Shown here in pieces: positions 39,201 through 51,200 of a DNA stretch of 64,000 bases. Under the pieces are notes generated by a model. It ran no database searches, was not told the DNA's origin, and saw only the letters and a list, made by a program, of their open reading frames with translations. Within the stretch, counting starts at the first letter, position 1, and every line of letters starts with the position of its first letter. The position numbers were made by a program, and so were the translations under genes. This DNA is from Ramazzottius varieornatus (taxonomy: Eukaryota > Animalia > Tardigrada). Where the stretch lies: assembly GCA_001949185.1 (NCBI GenBank), contig BDGG01000002.1, forward strand, positions 8,174,448 to 8,238,447. Direction: 5' to 3'.

Positions 39201-42200
39201 ACCGGAAATAGCCGAACTTGACCACCAACAACCAGAAGAAGCTACTACGACTATCACAACAACCACAACGCTAGTCGAAACTATCACGCAGGTCAGGAAG
39301 CAGCCTGAACGAGAAGAAATATTTCCTTCGGCTGAAGTGGCTGAGCTGGACTATATTCCGGAACAACGCCCGGTCACCCAAGATATTGAAGAAACTGCGG
39401 AAGGTTAGCATAAATATATGGCGCAGTTAGTATGATTCCACATAAACAGACATTATTTCTAAGCGTTTGCTAACTTAACAGGACCCGCACCCGTCCAGGA
39501 TGCCATCACACAAGAAGCCGTCAGAATAACAACTACAGTAAGGTCTGAACGTCCCGCCGCTCCCGAACAGGCCGCAGCCGACATTTTCGTTCCACAGAAA
39601 CCAACGGAGGAAATGCCACAGCCAGAAGAAACGGTGACACAAGAGTACATTGTAGAGTTCCCGCAACCCGAAAGGGCCGAGTTCGGCTCTGTCCAACCCG
39701 AAGACATCACTACGACCCTAACTACAACGGTTGTCGAAACTATCACGCGGATAAAAGAGCAGCCGGAAGTGGAGGAAAGGTTCCCAACAGCTGAAGTGGC
39801 GGAGATGGACTACGTTACCGAAAGCCCGCTGGTGACCACAGACACAGTACCCAACTTCAAAACGGCGCAAAGTCTGGTCACGTCCGTGGAAAAAACCACC
39901 ATTGTGACGATCGTATCCAATCAACCAGAAGAAGAGGTGCCGCAGCCGGAAACCGCTCAGCTGGATTTCGCTCCGGCGCAGCCAGAAATAACTAAAGGTA
40001 ATTTTCTGCTCCAATGATGCTTTTAGGTTTATGGTAAAGTGATATTCCTTGAAATGCACTTCAATCTCGATCTTATTTAGAACTGGCTCCTGCGGAGGAC
40101 ACCGTCACAGAGGAGAACGTTACTACTACCACTACCGCAACATCCGAGCAGCCGCTGGTACCAGAGCATGCCGAAGTCGATTTCTTCGCTCTACACACGC
40201 CGCTTGAGGAGTTTCCCCAAGCAGAAATGGCCGAGTTTGAGCTGGTTGGAGCTGCTCCGACTACCACCGTTACGACCCATGTAACCACCAGGGTGATCGT
40301 AACGTCCACCAAAGAAGGACCGAAGGTCCAAGAGGAAGAGGCGCAAGTGTTCAAACCAGAGGACGCCACCGAAGAGTTTCCACAACCCGAAATGACGGAG
40401 CGTGATATGGTGCATGCCATTCCCACCACAATGGTCGCTGATGTTGCCATCGAACAGAGGCAAGCAGTTCCCGAGAAAGCGGTGACGGGTGAAGTTGATC
40501 AGGTCGTCGAACGGAAACCTGTCAAAGAGTCTCCCCAACCGGAAGAGGCCGAACTTGATTATGTGCAACCGAGAGAAACCACTACGACAACGGTTACAAC
40601 GACAACGGAAACTGTAACAAGAGTCCAAGAGCAGCCAGAAGTAGCCGAAATAGACTTTGCCCCGGAACAGCCGATAATCACTGAAGTGGAAGATACTACA
40701 GATGGTAAGTCAGTTACAAGTAGTCAAACGAATTCAAGTCTACAAGTAATATAATTACTCATAGCTCCCACATCTACCACGGAGACCCTGACGGAGAAAA
40801 CGGTGGTTGTTACAATCACAGAGACATCTGAACAACCAACTGCACCTAAACAAGCCACGGTCGACTTCGTCCTGCCGCGCAAACTTGTAGACGAGTTCCC
40901 AACGGCAGAGATGGCCGAATATGAAATCACCCAAGCAGCGCCCTCTGTCGAAGAAACCCTGTCGACTGTCGTGGAAGCCGCCCCTGACGGCGCTGGAGCC
41001 GATTTAGTAGTATCGAAACCGGTTGAAGCGGTGGTCCCAGAGGAAACTACTGAACAGCCGCAAGCCGAGTTACCGCTGCCGGAAGAAGCGAAAGTTGACT
41101 TTTTCTTACCGACAAGTCCAGTGGAGGAAGTGCCGGAAATGGCGGAATATGACTTTGTCAGAACAGTGCCAGCTGTAGAAGAGAAGCCGCTGGTAAATAG
41201 TTTTCGGAATTGACGGCAATGACATTTTTGTATTTAAATGTTTACGAGTAATCCTTATCTCTTTATTGCAGGAAACCGAGGAGACCGATACCACAGAAGA
41301 GGCAACAACAGTAAATGCGACTTCCCAAGAAGAGTTTCCAACACCCGATATGGCCGAAGTTGATGTGATCGAAGCTGCTCCCATGACCACCATTAGAAGC
41401 CAGGAAACAACCGAGATCACCGCGGCTTCGGAGAAAGAGCAGCCTGAGACTGGAGAAACGGAAGTGGAAATGATCCGACCTTTCGAATTAACCGAAGAGT
41501 TCCCGCGACCAGAAATGGTTGACTTCGAGCTCGCCGAAGCAACGCCGGTAACTACCATCACCACCCAAGAGGCGACGAGAATAACAGTAGCGTCTGGACG
41601 AGATCAGCCGCAAGTCGAGCAGAATGAGGTAGAATTACTCAAGACAGACGAAATGTCCGAAGAGTTCCCGCGACCCGAAAGGGCTGAGTTCGATCTGGTG
41701 AAAGCTATGCTCACAACAGTCGTAGCTGATTTTGCCATTGAACAAAAGATACCTGTGCCGGAAACACCAGTACAGAATCAGGTGGATGTTATTGGGCCAA
41801 ATCAGCCAGCGTTTCCTCTGCCGGCGTTTCCTCAGCCAGAGTCAGCTCAAGTCGACTTCTTGAAGTCGGCTGCTGAGAAAGAAAACACCACGGAGGAGAG
41901 TACAACCTTGACTAACACTGCATCCACGGAGAGGCCTGAAGAGGAAGAAGTTACCTTTGTTCCGTTGGAAAAACCGCTTGAGGAGTTCCCGCAACCAGAA
42001 ACTGCCGAACACGAATTTGTCAAGGTAAAATAGTGGATGATTGTAAATACTCCTGGTTGTGGAAGCAAAGCCTCCTCGGGCTTAAAATAACCCGTGGGAT
42101 GATCCGTTGAACTGACAGTGTATTTCTTCTTTACAGCCAACTGAACGAACCGTTTTCACCGAGGAAAGCAAGACCGTTACGGTTCGAAAACCGGAAGAAG

Positions 42201-45200
42201 CTCCACAGACCATCGAAAATCAACTAGACAGTAACCAGCCGGAGCAAGTTGGTCAAGAGGCCCCCAAGCCGGAAACGGTTGCATTGGACCTGGCTGAAGC
42301 GGTTCCCGCCACGGTGGTCACAGACGTGGCTATTACAGAGAAAGAAGCCATTCCGGCTCAGTCTCTCAGCGAAGAAACTACGGTTTCCACGGCCGCGCTG
42401 GTGAGAGAAGAAGGACAAACGGAAACACCGGAGCATGGTAAAGTCGACTTGGTCAAACCGGATAAACCTGCTGAAGAACTTCCCGAATCCGAGGTCGCAG
42501 AATACGAGCTGGTCATGGCTACCCCACTTCAGACAAATGTGACAGCAGTCGAAGAAATGAAGGAAACACCACAGTCCGAGAAGACTGAAGTGGGTATCTT
42601 CATGCCCGATCGACCGACGGGAGAAACTTCGACCACAGAGAGCTTGGCTGAACTGATTGAAGCTGTGCAGAATCTGGAAACAATTGTCCTGACGAGTGAA
42701 AGAATCGAACAGCCAACGAAACCGCAGTTTACCGAAGAGAAATCCATCGTTCTAGAAATTCCAGAAGACATTGCACCAAATGCGTCTCCTGCTGTGGAGG
42801 ATCAAATCTCAAAACCGGAAGGTAACTGGGAAAAACATTTATGTCATAACTAAGATTTCAATCTTAGATTTCAATCTTAGTTTGAAAAGTTAAAGGGAGA
42901 ACGGACTTGATAAATTCTTCTATTCGACAGAGACATTTAAAACCACACTGGAGACAGTCACGGTGGCAGAGACGAAGCCGGAATACAGCGACACGGAAAA
43001 CAGTTTCACACTCACTTGTCGGACTTCAGAGACTATCTCGACCACCGACACGATTGAAATTCCGCGAGCCACAATCACTGAGAAAGAAGAGCAGATATCC
43101 GCAGAGTGGAAACCTGAGGAGAAGCAGTCAACTGAAGCACCGGTAGGCACCACGGACACTGTAGAGCACTTCGAGGAGACCGTAGAAGTGGAGAGATTAT
43201 CTGTGGGGGAGATACCGGTCAGCGTTTCAGAGACCTCGACCACGACCTCCAATGAAACTTTCGAAGCTACGACAGTAACTGTTCAGCCTAAAGGAGAGCT
43301 CCCCCGCGAAGGAGTAGTGCTCGACGTCATCCAGCCGGTGCCGGCAGATGAAACCGAGCGCGCGGAAGCTTTGTTGGATTTGCCTCGTGGACCACAGCCA
43401 ACAATGGACAATGTTGAGCTGACCGTTGTTCGGGATACTGAGGAAGTAGCTGATGTCGTCCTGACCGGAAAGACAACCAGCAAAACAGAACTCGCAGTGG
43501 AAACGACGCTAGAGCAAATGAAACCACTGGAGCAAACTTCTGAGCAGTCGACACCCGCTGCGTTCCAGCCGATGCAACAGAACACCAGTACCGATACCAT
43601 CTCCGTTGTTATTGAAACTCATCCCGGAGAGGTTGCATCACTCGAGACAACGCGACTGACAGTGTCCGACATTCAGACCGAGATAGCAAGCGTCGTACCG
43701 CACCCAGCAGTACTGGCCACACAATCACAAAGAGCACAAGACACGATAGGCCTTGACCAGGAAGCAACAGAATCGAATCAGCCCCCGGATACTACCCGTA
43801 CGATTGCTCCGAGTTCACATCGTTGTCCGATCTACATTCAATCTTCAGACAGTTGCATGTGTGCATGAAACGTGAACGAGCATGGCGAAACAACTGTGGA
43901 CCCTTTGTTAGACAATAACGCTAACCACTGCAATGTATTACTGAATAACGATTTACTCCGTAGGCGCCCGGATAGAACAACAACTGCAGGACCGAACGCA
44001 AACATCCACCACCACCACAGAAGAGATCCACGAGACCGTCACTGTGACCAGGCCGGTCGAAGAGCAGCCTGAAGAGGCCGAGGTGACTTTCGGCCGTCCT
44101 ACGCCTGTCGACAGCGAGGAAGTGACCACTGAAGAGACGGAGGTAACCTTCACTCGACCAGTCAAGCCTGAGGCGCCAGTGGAGGAAGTCAGTATGGAAC
44201 TGCCACGCACGACTACCACCACAGAAGAGATCCACGAGACCGTCACTGTGACCAGGCCGGTCGAAGAGCAGCCTGAAGAGGCCGAGGTGACTTTCGGCCG
44301 TCCTACGCCTGTCGACAGCGAGGAAGTGACCACTGAAGAGACGGAGGTAACCTTCACTCGACCAGTCAAGCCTGAGGCGCCAGTGGAGGAAGTCAGTATG
44401 GAACTGCCACGCACGACTACCACCACAGAAGAGATCCACGAGACCGTCACTGTGACCAGGCCGGTCGAAGAGCAGCCTGAAGAGGCCGAGGTGACTTTCA
44501 GCCGTCCTACGCCTGTCGACAGCGAGGAAGTGACCACTGAAGAGACGGAGGTAACCTTCACTCGACCAGTCAAGCCTGAGGCGCCAGTGGAGGAAGTCAG
44601 TATGGAACTGCCACGCACGACTACCACCACAGAAGAGATCCACGAGACCGTCACTGTGACCAGGCCGGTCGAAGAGCAGCCTGAAGAGGCCGAGGTGACT
44701 TTCGGCCGTCCTACGCCTGTCGACAGCGAGGAAGTGACCACTGAAGAGACGGAGGTAACCTTCACTCGACCAGTCAAGCCTGAGGCGCCAGTGGAGGAAG
44801 TCAGTATGGAACTGCCACGCACGACTACCACCACAGAAGAGATCCACGAGACCGTCACTGTGACCAGGCCGGTCGAAGAGCAGCCTGAAGAGGCCGAGGT
44901 GACTTTCGGCCGTCCTACGCCTGTCGACAGCGAGGAAGTGACCACTGAAGAGACGGAGGTAACCTTCACTCGACCAGTCAAGCCTGAGGCGCCAGTGGAG
45001 GAAGTCAGTATGGAACTGCCACGCACGACTACCACCACAGAAGAGATCCACGAGACCGTCACTGTGACCAGGCCGGTCGAAGAGCAGCCTGAAGAGGCCG
45101 AGGTGACTTTCGGCCGTCCTACGCCTGTCGACAGCGAGGAAGTGACCACTGAAGAGACGGAGGTAACCTTCACTCGACCAGTCAAGCCTGAGGCGCCAGT

Positions 45201-48200
45201 GGAGGAAGTCAGTATGGAACTGCCACGCACGACTACCACCACAGAAGAGATCCACGAGACCGTCACTGTGACCAGGCCGGTCGAAGAGCAGCCTGAAGAG
45301 GCCGAGGTGACTTTCGGCCGTCCTACGCCTGTCGACAGCGAGGAAGTGACCACTGAAGAGACGGAGGTAACCTTCACTCGACCAGTCAAGCCTGAGGCGC
45401 CAGTGGAGGAAGTCAGTATGGAACTGCCACGCACGACTACCACCACAGAAGAGATCCACGAGACCGTCACTGTGACCAGGCCGGTCGAAGAGCAGCCTGA
45501 AGAGGCCGAGGTGACTTTCGGCCGTCCTACGCCTGTCGACAGCGAGGAAGTGACCACTGAAGAGACGGAGGTAACCTTCACTCGACCAGTCAAGCCTGAG
45601 GCGCCAGTGGAGGAAGTCAGTATGGAACTGCCACGCACGACTACCACCACAGAAGAGATCCACGAGACCGTCACTGTGACCAGGCCGGTCGAAGAGCAGC
45701 CTGAAGAGGCCGAGGTGACTTTCAGCCGTCCTACGCCTGTCGACACCGAGGAAGTGACCACTGAAGAGACGGAGGTAACCTTCACTCGACCAGTCAAGCC
45801 TGAGGCGCCAGTGGAGGAAGTCAGTATGGAACTGCCACGCACGACTACCACCACAGAAGAGATCCACGAGACCGTCACTGTGACCAGGCCGGTCGAAGAG
45901 CAGCCTGAAGAGGCCGAGGTGACTTTCGGCCGTCCTACGCCTGTCGACACCGAGGAAGTGACCACTGAAGAGACGGAGGTAACCTTCACTCGACCAGTCA
46001 AGCCTGAGGCGCCAGTGGAGGAAGTCAGTATGGAACTGCCACGCACGACTACCACCACAGAAGAGATCCACGAGACCGTCACTGTGACCAGGCCGGTCGA
46101 AGAGCAGCCTGAAGAGGCCGAGGTGACTTTCAGCCGTCCTACGCCTGTCGACACCGAGGAAGTGACCACTGAAGAGACGGAGGTAACCTTCACTCGACCA
46201 GTCAAGCCTGAGGCTGCAACCCGGGCGGAAGAATACAATATGGAATGGCCGCGACGTCGCTCGTATGTTGTCGAAGTTCCGGTAGAAGTCGTCGATGTTC
46301 CAATCGTCGTTGAGGAGATTTCGGTAATGGATATTCATGAAACTGAGCAATCCGCGACGGAAGATCGGACGTATCTTGTGGAAGGTGAAGATTTGGAGGA
46401 GGACGTCTCAAGGGCGGAATCAATCGAAGAAACTGTTGTTGACTACGATTCAGTCACTCGGCCTGGTGCCGTGGAGCAACCGGTGAAGCCGGTCGCCGCG
46501 TCGCCGCGTGATGGTAAGATCTTCAGTTGTCAGTGGTGCGCTTTTTTAAATAATACTGCTAACGCTTTACATTTCAGCTAACGTTTCAGTCGTCTCCAGG
46601 CTTTTCTTAGGCTTACCGCTAACGGCTTTGCAAACCGCTTTCCGTTTGTGCTCCGTTCGCGTTCCGTTAGTGATCATGGTTTTCCATGCACTTCCTCTGT
46701 AATGAAAAGTCTTTCGTGCTTACAGTGTTTGGTCCAAGTGTCCTTATTCTGCCAACTTTCGAAGAAAGCTCCGCTCCGAAGTTCACAACAGAAGTATCGC
46801 AAGTGGAGGTACGGCCTTTCAGCTTTCTTTTTTTGCGATCGGTCGTAGGTCAATGCGATGTTTTCTAGACTGCCGACGAGAACAGGGATACAGTGCAATA
46901 CACTGCAACTGTCCATGGAATTCCTCAGCCATCGGTAACGTGGTATGATAACGACGAACCGCTATACGAGAGTGAACTCGTTCACATTCAACATGTCCAA
47001 GATGCAGTTCAGATCACCATCGAAGGTCCAAGGAGTCTCGAACATGGTACTATAACATGTGTGGCCAGCAACGATCTGGGAACTGCTACGAGCACTGCCC
47101 CAGCTCCTGAAGTGACTGCGGACGAACAGTTACCGGTACGCAAGCCTAGACGCCCACGAGACTTGCCGGTTGAAAGAGCTTTCCTTGACATGGTCACAAA
47201 GGTTCAAGAAGAAGAGGTATCCGAGGACACGAAAGAGCAAACGACCCCGTCCGTGACTCATGAAGAGGTACAGGAAGATCGGACAACTTCGGTCGCTGAA
47301 GTTGAGCAGGAAGTTTTTGGGACGACGGAGACCATCACGGAAGAAGCCAAGCTCGAACAACCAACTGAGGAAGAAGAAGCCACGTTCAGACTACAACCAG
47401 AGAAACGTGCTGAAACTGAGGATGTCGAGGCCGAAATCTCATTCAAACCCACGAAGCCTCAGCCAACCGACGAGGCACTGTCGGAAGCTGTGTTTGAGGT
47501 ACCAAAGATGCCGGCTGTGGTCGAAAGTCCTTTCGAAGAAGAGACCACTTTCCACGTTCCTCGGGGCGAAGTGCAAGACACCGTGGAAGAAGTCAGCTTC
47601 CGAAGACCGAAGCCAGAAGCATCTGCTACCGAAGAAGCGGCTTTGGTCTTATCGGCAAGACGAACAGACGAGACAACCGTGGAACAGGTTGAAGAAGATA
47701 CCACCGTGAATATCCAACAGAAAGCTCAGCCCGAAACTGAAGAAGATATTAAGGAAGAGGTGGTGTTCAAAGTCACGCGCAAAGAAAAGATTTCCGACGA
47801 AACAGAAAAGACTGCAGAGGATACGGAAGAGACTGTGGTCAGCAGCGTTCGGCGAACCAAGGAAGAAAGTCCCGTACCGGAAGAAGATACCACGGAAGTA
47901 GTTGGTCTCGGACGGAAACCCAAAATGGCAGAAGAAGTGACAACCGATGAGTTTGTTATTACGAGACAGGAGGACACGGAAGACCAAGAAAGGGTCTCCG
48001 TCACGGTACCTCGCAAGCCTGAAGAAGCCCCGGTTGAGGAAACCACAACGGCTGAGATGCCTGCGCGTGTCCAACCCGAAACCACAAAAGAGGCGGAAGA
48101 AGAAACCACCTTCCGAGTCACGCGAACGGATCACACTGACATCACCACCGAGGAGGAGACAACGGACACTACGATTGTGGACATGAAGAAGCCAATACGA

Positions 48201-51200
48201 GAACGTCTCGAAACGGAAGAAGCCACAGTGTCACTTCGACCAGCTGCTCGTCCAGAGAAGGTTGAAGAAGAGACCGCGGTGGCTTCTCTAACTCGATCAC
48301 AGCAACCAACTGCAGAAGCGCTTCCCGAACAAGACGCAAAGTTCGAGCTGACACGAGTTCGGGAGGACAACAAGGAGAAAGAAGAAATTGTCGAAACGGA
48401 GGAGGTAAGAATAATTATTGCTCATCAGCCGTCGATTTTTTGCTAATATCTTATCTCTCTTAGCAGATTCTGATGAAGCCAGCTCGCCCTCGACAGGAAA
48501 GCTTGCCAATTCATGAAGCCTCGTTGCAGCTACCACAGAAAGTAATGGAAATTGTTCAGCCGGCTCCAGAAGAAGTTAGCGTATTGCAGGTGGACCAGGT
48601 GGAAACTGAGCATGATCTGGACAGTATTGCCGAGATTGAAGATAACGTGTGGGAAACTGTGTCGGCGGTTGAAGACTTGCGACGCGACTCTCAGGTATGG
48701 CAGGGTGCTCTCGTGTATACTACTTGCTGTTCATTAAGTGGGACCTAGACAAATTAACTCGACCAGATCACGTTCTTAGCCAACAGTACTGAAAACGTGT
48801 GCCACTTGGAAGTATAACCAAACTCGACAAGATCGACCTTTCAAGTGGCGCACTGTTTTATCCAATAACACCGAAAACATGCGCCACTGATAAAAACAAT
48901 CTTACTGATTTTGTTTGCCGAGCTATTAATTTAATTGTTCTGACCATGCAGGAGGCCGTTGAGGACGTGGAAGAAAATAAGAGTAAACGACGAGTGCGCA
49001 TCGAAGATACTCCAGTGATCATTGAAGATTACCAACTCCTAACCGAAATGACGGAATCAAAGTTCGAGCAAGAGGACGTTTCGCTAACTGAGGAGCTGGG
49101 TGACCTTGAAGAGGATGATGTCGAAGTCCAGAGACCCAGTGAAGAAGTACCGCTGGAGACCTTCCTGGATACCTTAACCGAAGCTCAGTTGGCGGACTAC
49201 ATCGAGTTGACTGCACCGGAGACCGTAATTGAAGAAGAGAAACCTCAGATCATAACTGAGGAAATGGTGGAGAAACCAGCTGAGCTTGTCCCTGAAGAAC
49301 GGAAATCTCCAGTTGAAATCAAGACGGCGGAAGTCCAGCCTGAAATTACAGTAGAAGAAACTGAAGTCAGCGTTCCGTTCAGAGTCAAACCGCAAGAGAA
49401 GCCGGAAGATGTGGAAAGTAGTGCCGCGTTGAAGACTGCAGCAGCTGACAAACCTGTTACTGAAACTACAGACGTGACACTCGCTCTCGCTCCCAAAGAC
49501 AAGCCGGAAATTCCAGGAGAAGAAGAGCAAACGGAAACTTTGTCCATGAAGAGAACTCGACCAGCACCCGTCAAAACAACCGACGGCCAAGAAGTTGAAG
49601 AAACGACCACACAGTTTGTGGCAGAAACAGCTAAGCCAGTTGAGAAGGCACCAGAAGACGAAGGAACCTCGGTGAGTTTCCCGGTACGGAGACCCAAGGC
49701 CGTTGTTGAAGAGGTCGAGAGTACTGCTGAACTGAGCCCAGCACCCAAGCCCAAAGTTCCTACAGTTGAGAAAGAGGAAGAGGCAGAAGCAACTGTGGAG
49801 ACGACACGAAGAGACGATACGGCGGAAAGAGTGGAAGAGGAGGAAGCCACCGAGAGCCTTTCGGTCAAGCGAACCCGACCACAGCGTGAAACAACAGTCA
49901 CAACCACGGAAGAAAAGGTCGAAGAAGTACCGGCTGTTGAAGAGACGGTAAAGGACGAAGCTGTGCTGGAAAATATACAGGTGAAGGAAGACAAACGAAC
50001 GGAGGTTGTGACGCTGAAGGAAGAACAGCTTCAGGACGAGGAAGTATCAGTGAAGTTTCCGCTGTCAAAGAAACCTACGAGAGCACCTGAGGAAGTGGAG
50101 AGCGCGGCCGTGATGAAACCGAAAAAGCCGGTCAAGACAGAAGAGGAAAGTGCGGATATTACGCTGGAAAAGACGAGCGAAGAGAAGGTCGAAACGGAAA
50201 CAGCGGAGGCTTCGGAAAGTCTCTCCATAGCAAGAACTCGACCAACAAAGCCGGTAGCGGAAGAACGGGGACCCATCGAAGAGGTCGTTGGGACGGAGGA
50301 TACTGCCGCTGAGAAGAAAAATGAAGTCACTTCTTCAAAAACTGTAAGCCACTGAAGTGCTTAGTTCATTTCTCCTTCCTATCGTCCTTTTCTATTATGG
50401 TCTTGTGGTCATTCAAGTTTGATTCCAGGAGGTGGAGACCATAGAGGAAAGTACTCCATTAAAGGCCACAACTAGAAGCGAATCAGTGGAGGAAACCTCG
50501 ACAGTAAGCTTTCCGCTGGGAAAGAAGCCAAAAGACAAAGCGGAAGACGTTAAGTCCTTCGGAGAGGTAGGTCGTCACTTTACACTAGAGGTTGCTTACT
50601 CTCATATCCAAATTTCATTTTCTTTCTCAGGTCAAAATGACACCAAAGACACCTAAGGTGGAAAGAGTTCCTGAAGAAGAGACTGCTGGCGCCACCCTTA
50701 CAACTAACCTTCCCGAAAAGAAAGAAGAAACTGACGAGGAAGCTTCGGAGAACCTTTCAATCAAGAAGCCTCGCCGTCGACCTGCCGAAACGAAGCCAGC
50801 AGAAGTCGTCGAGGATATACCGACAGCGGCAACCGTGACGGACATAACTCCGGCAGTTGAAGAAGAAGTGCCACCGACGAAGATCACTGAAGCAACGCCG
50901 CTGGGACAGACTGCGGAAATGAGAAAGACGACGGTTCGACAAGAAGAGCGGGTGGAGGAAGGCACCGAAGAGCAGGCGACCACAGTGCGGGAAACGGTGG
51001 AGATGAAACCAGCAGAAGTCGATGTTGGTCTTCCTGCTCTGACTAAGCCAGTCGAGGAAAAGCCGGCTGAAGACGCGATTGCGCAACTCGAACACCCAGT
51101 AAGGAAATCTACAGTCAAAGAGACCACAGAAACTGTCGTCGGTCTCCCCGCTATAACTAAGCCCGTAGAAGAAGCACCTATCGAAGAAACCATCGCGGAA

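Noticed and set aside
44008-46214. CRISPR-like appearance of the tandem array
   Set aside because: No unique spacers, in-frame coding, eukaryotic gene.
43921-46350. 809-aa and 761-aa minus-strand ORFs
   Set aside because: They are antisense shadows of the 204-bp (3n) coding array; one stop-free unit makes the whole array open.
48461-48466. NAGNAG tandem acceptors (also 59139-59144)
   Set aside because: Common, single-residue effect, no evidence of use.
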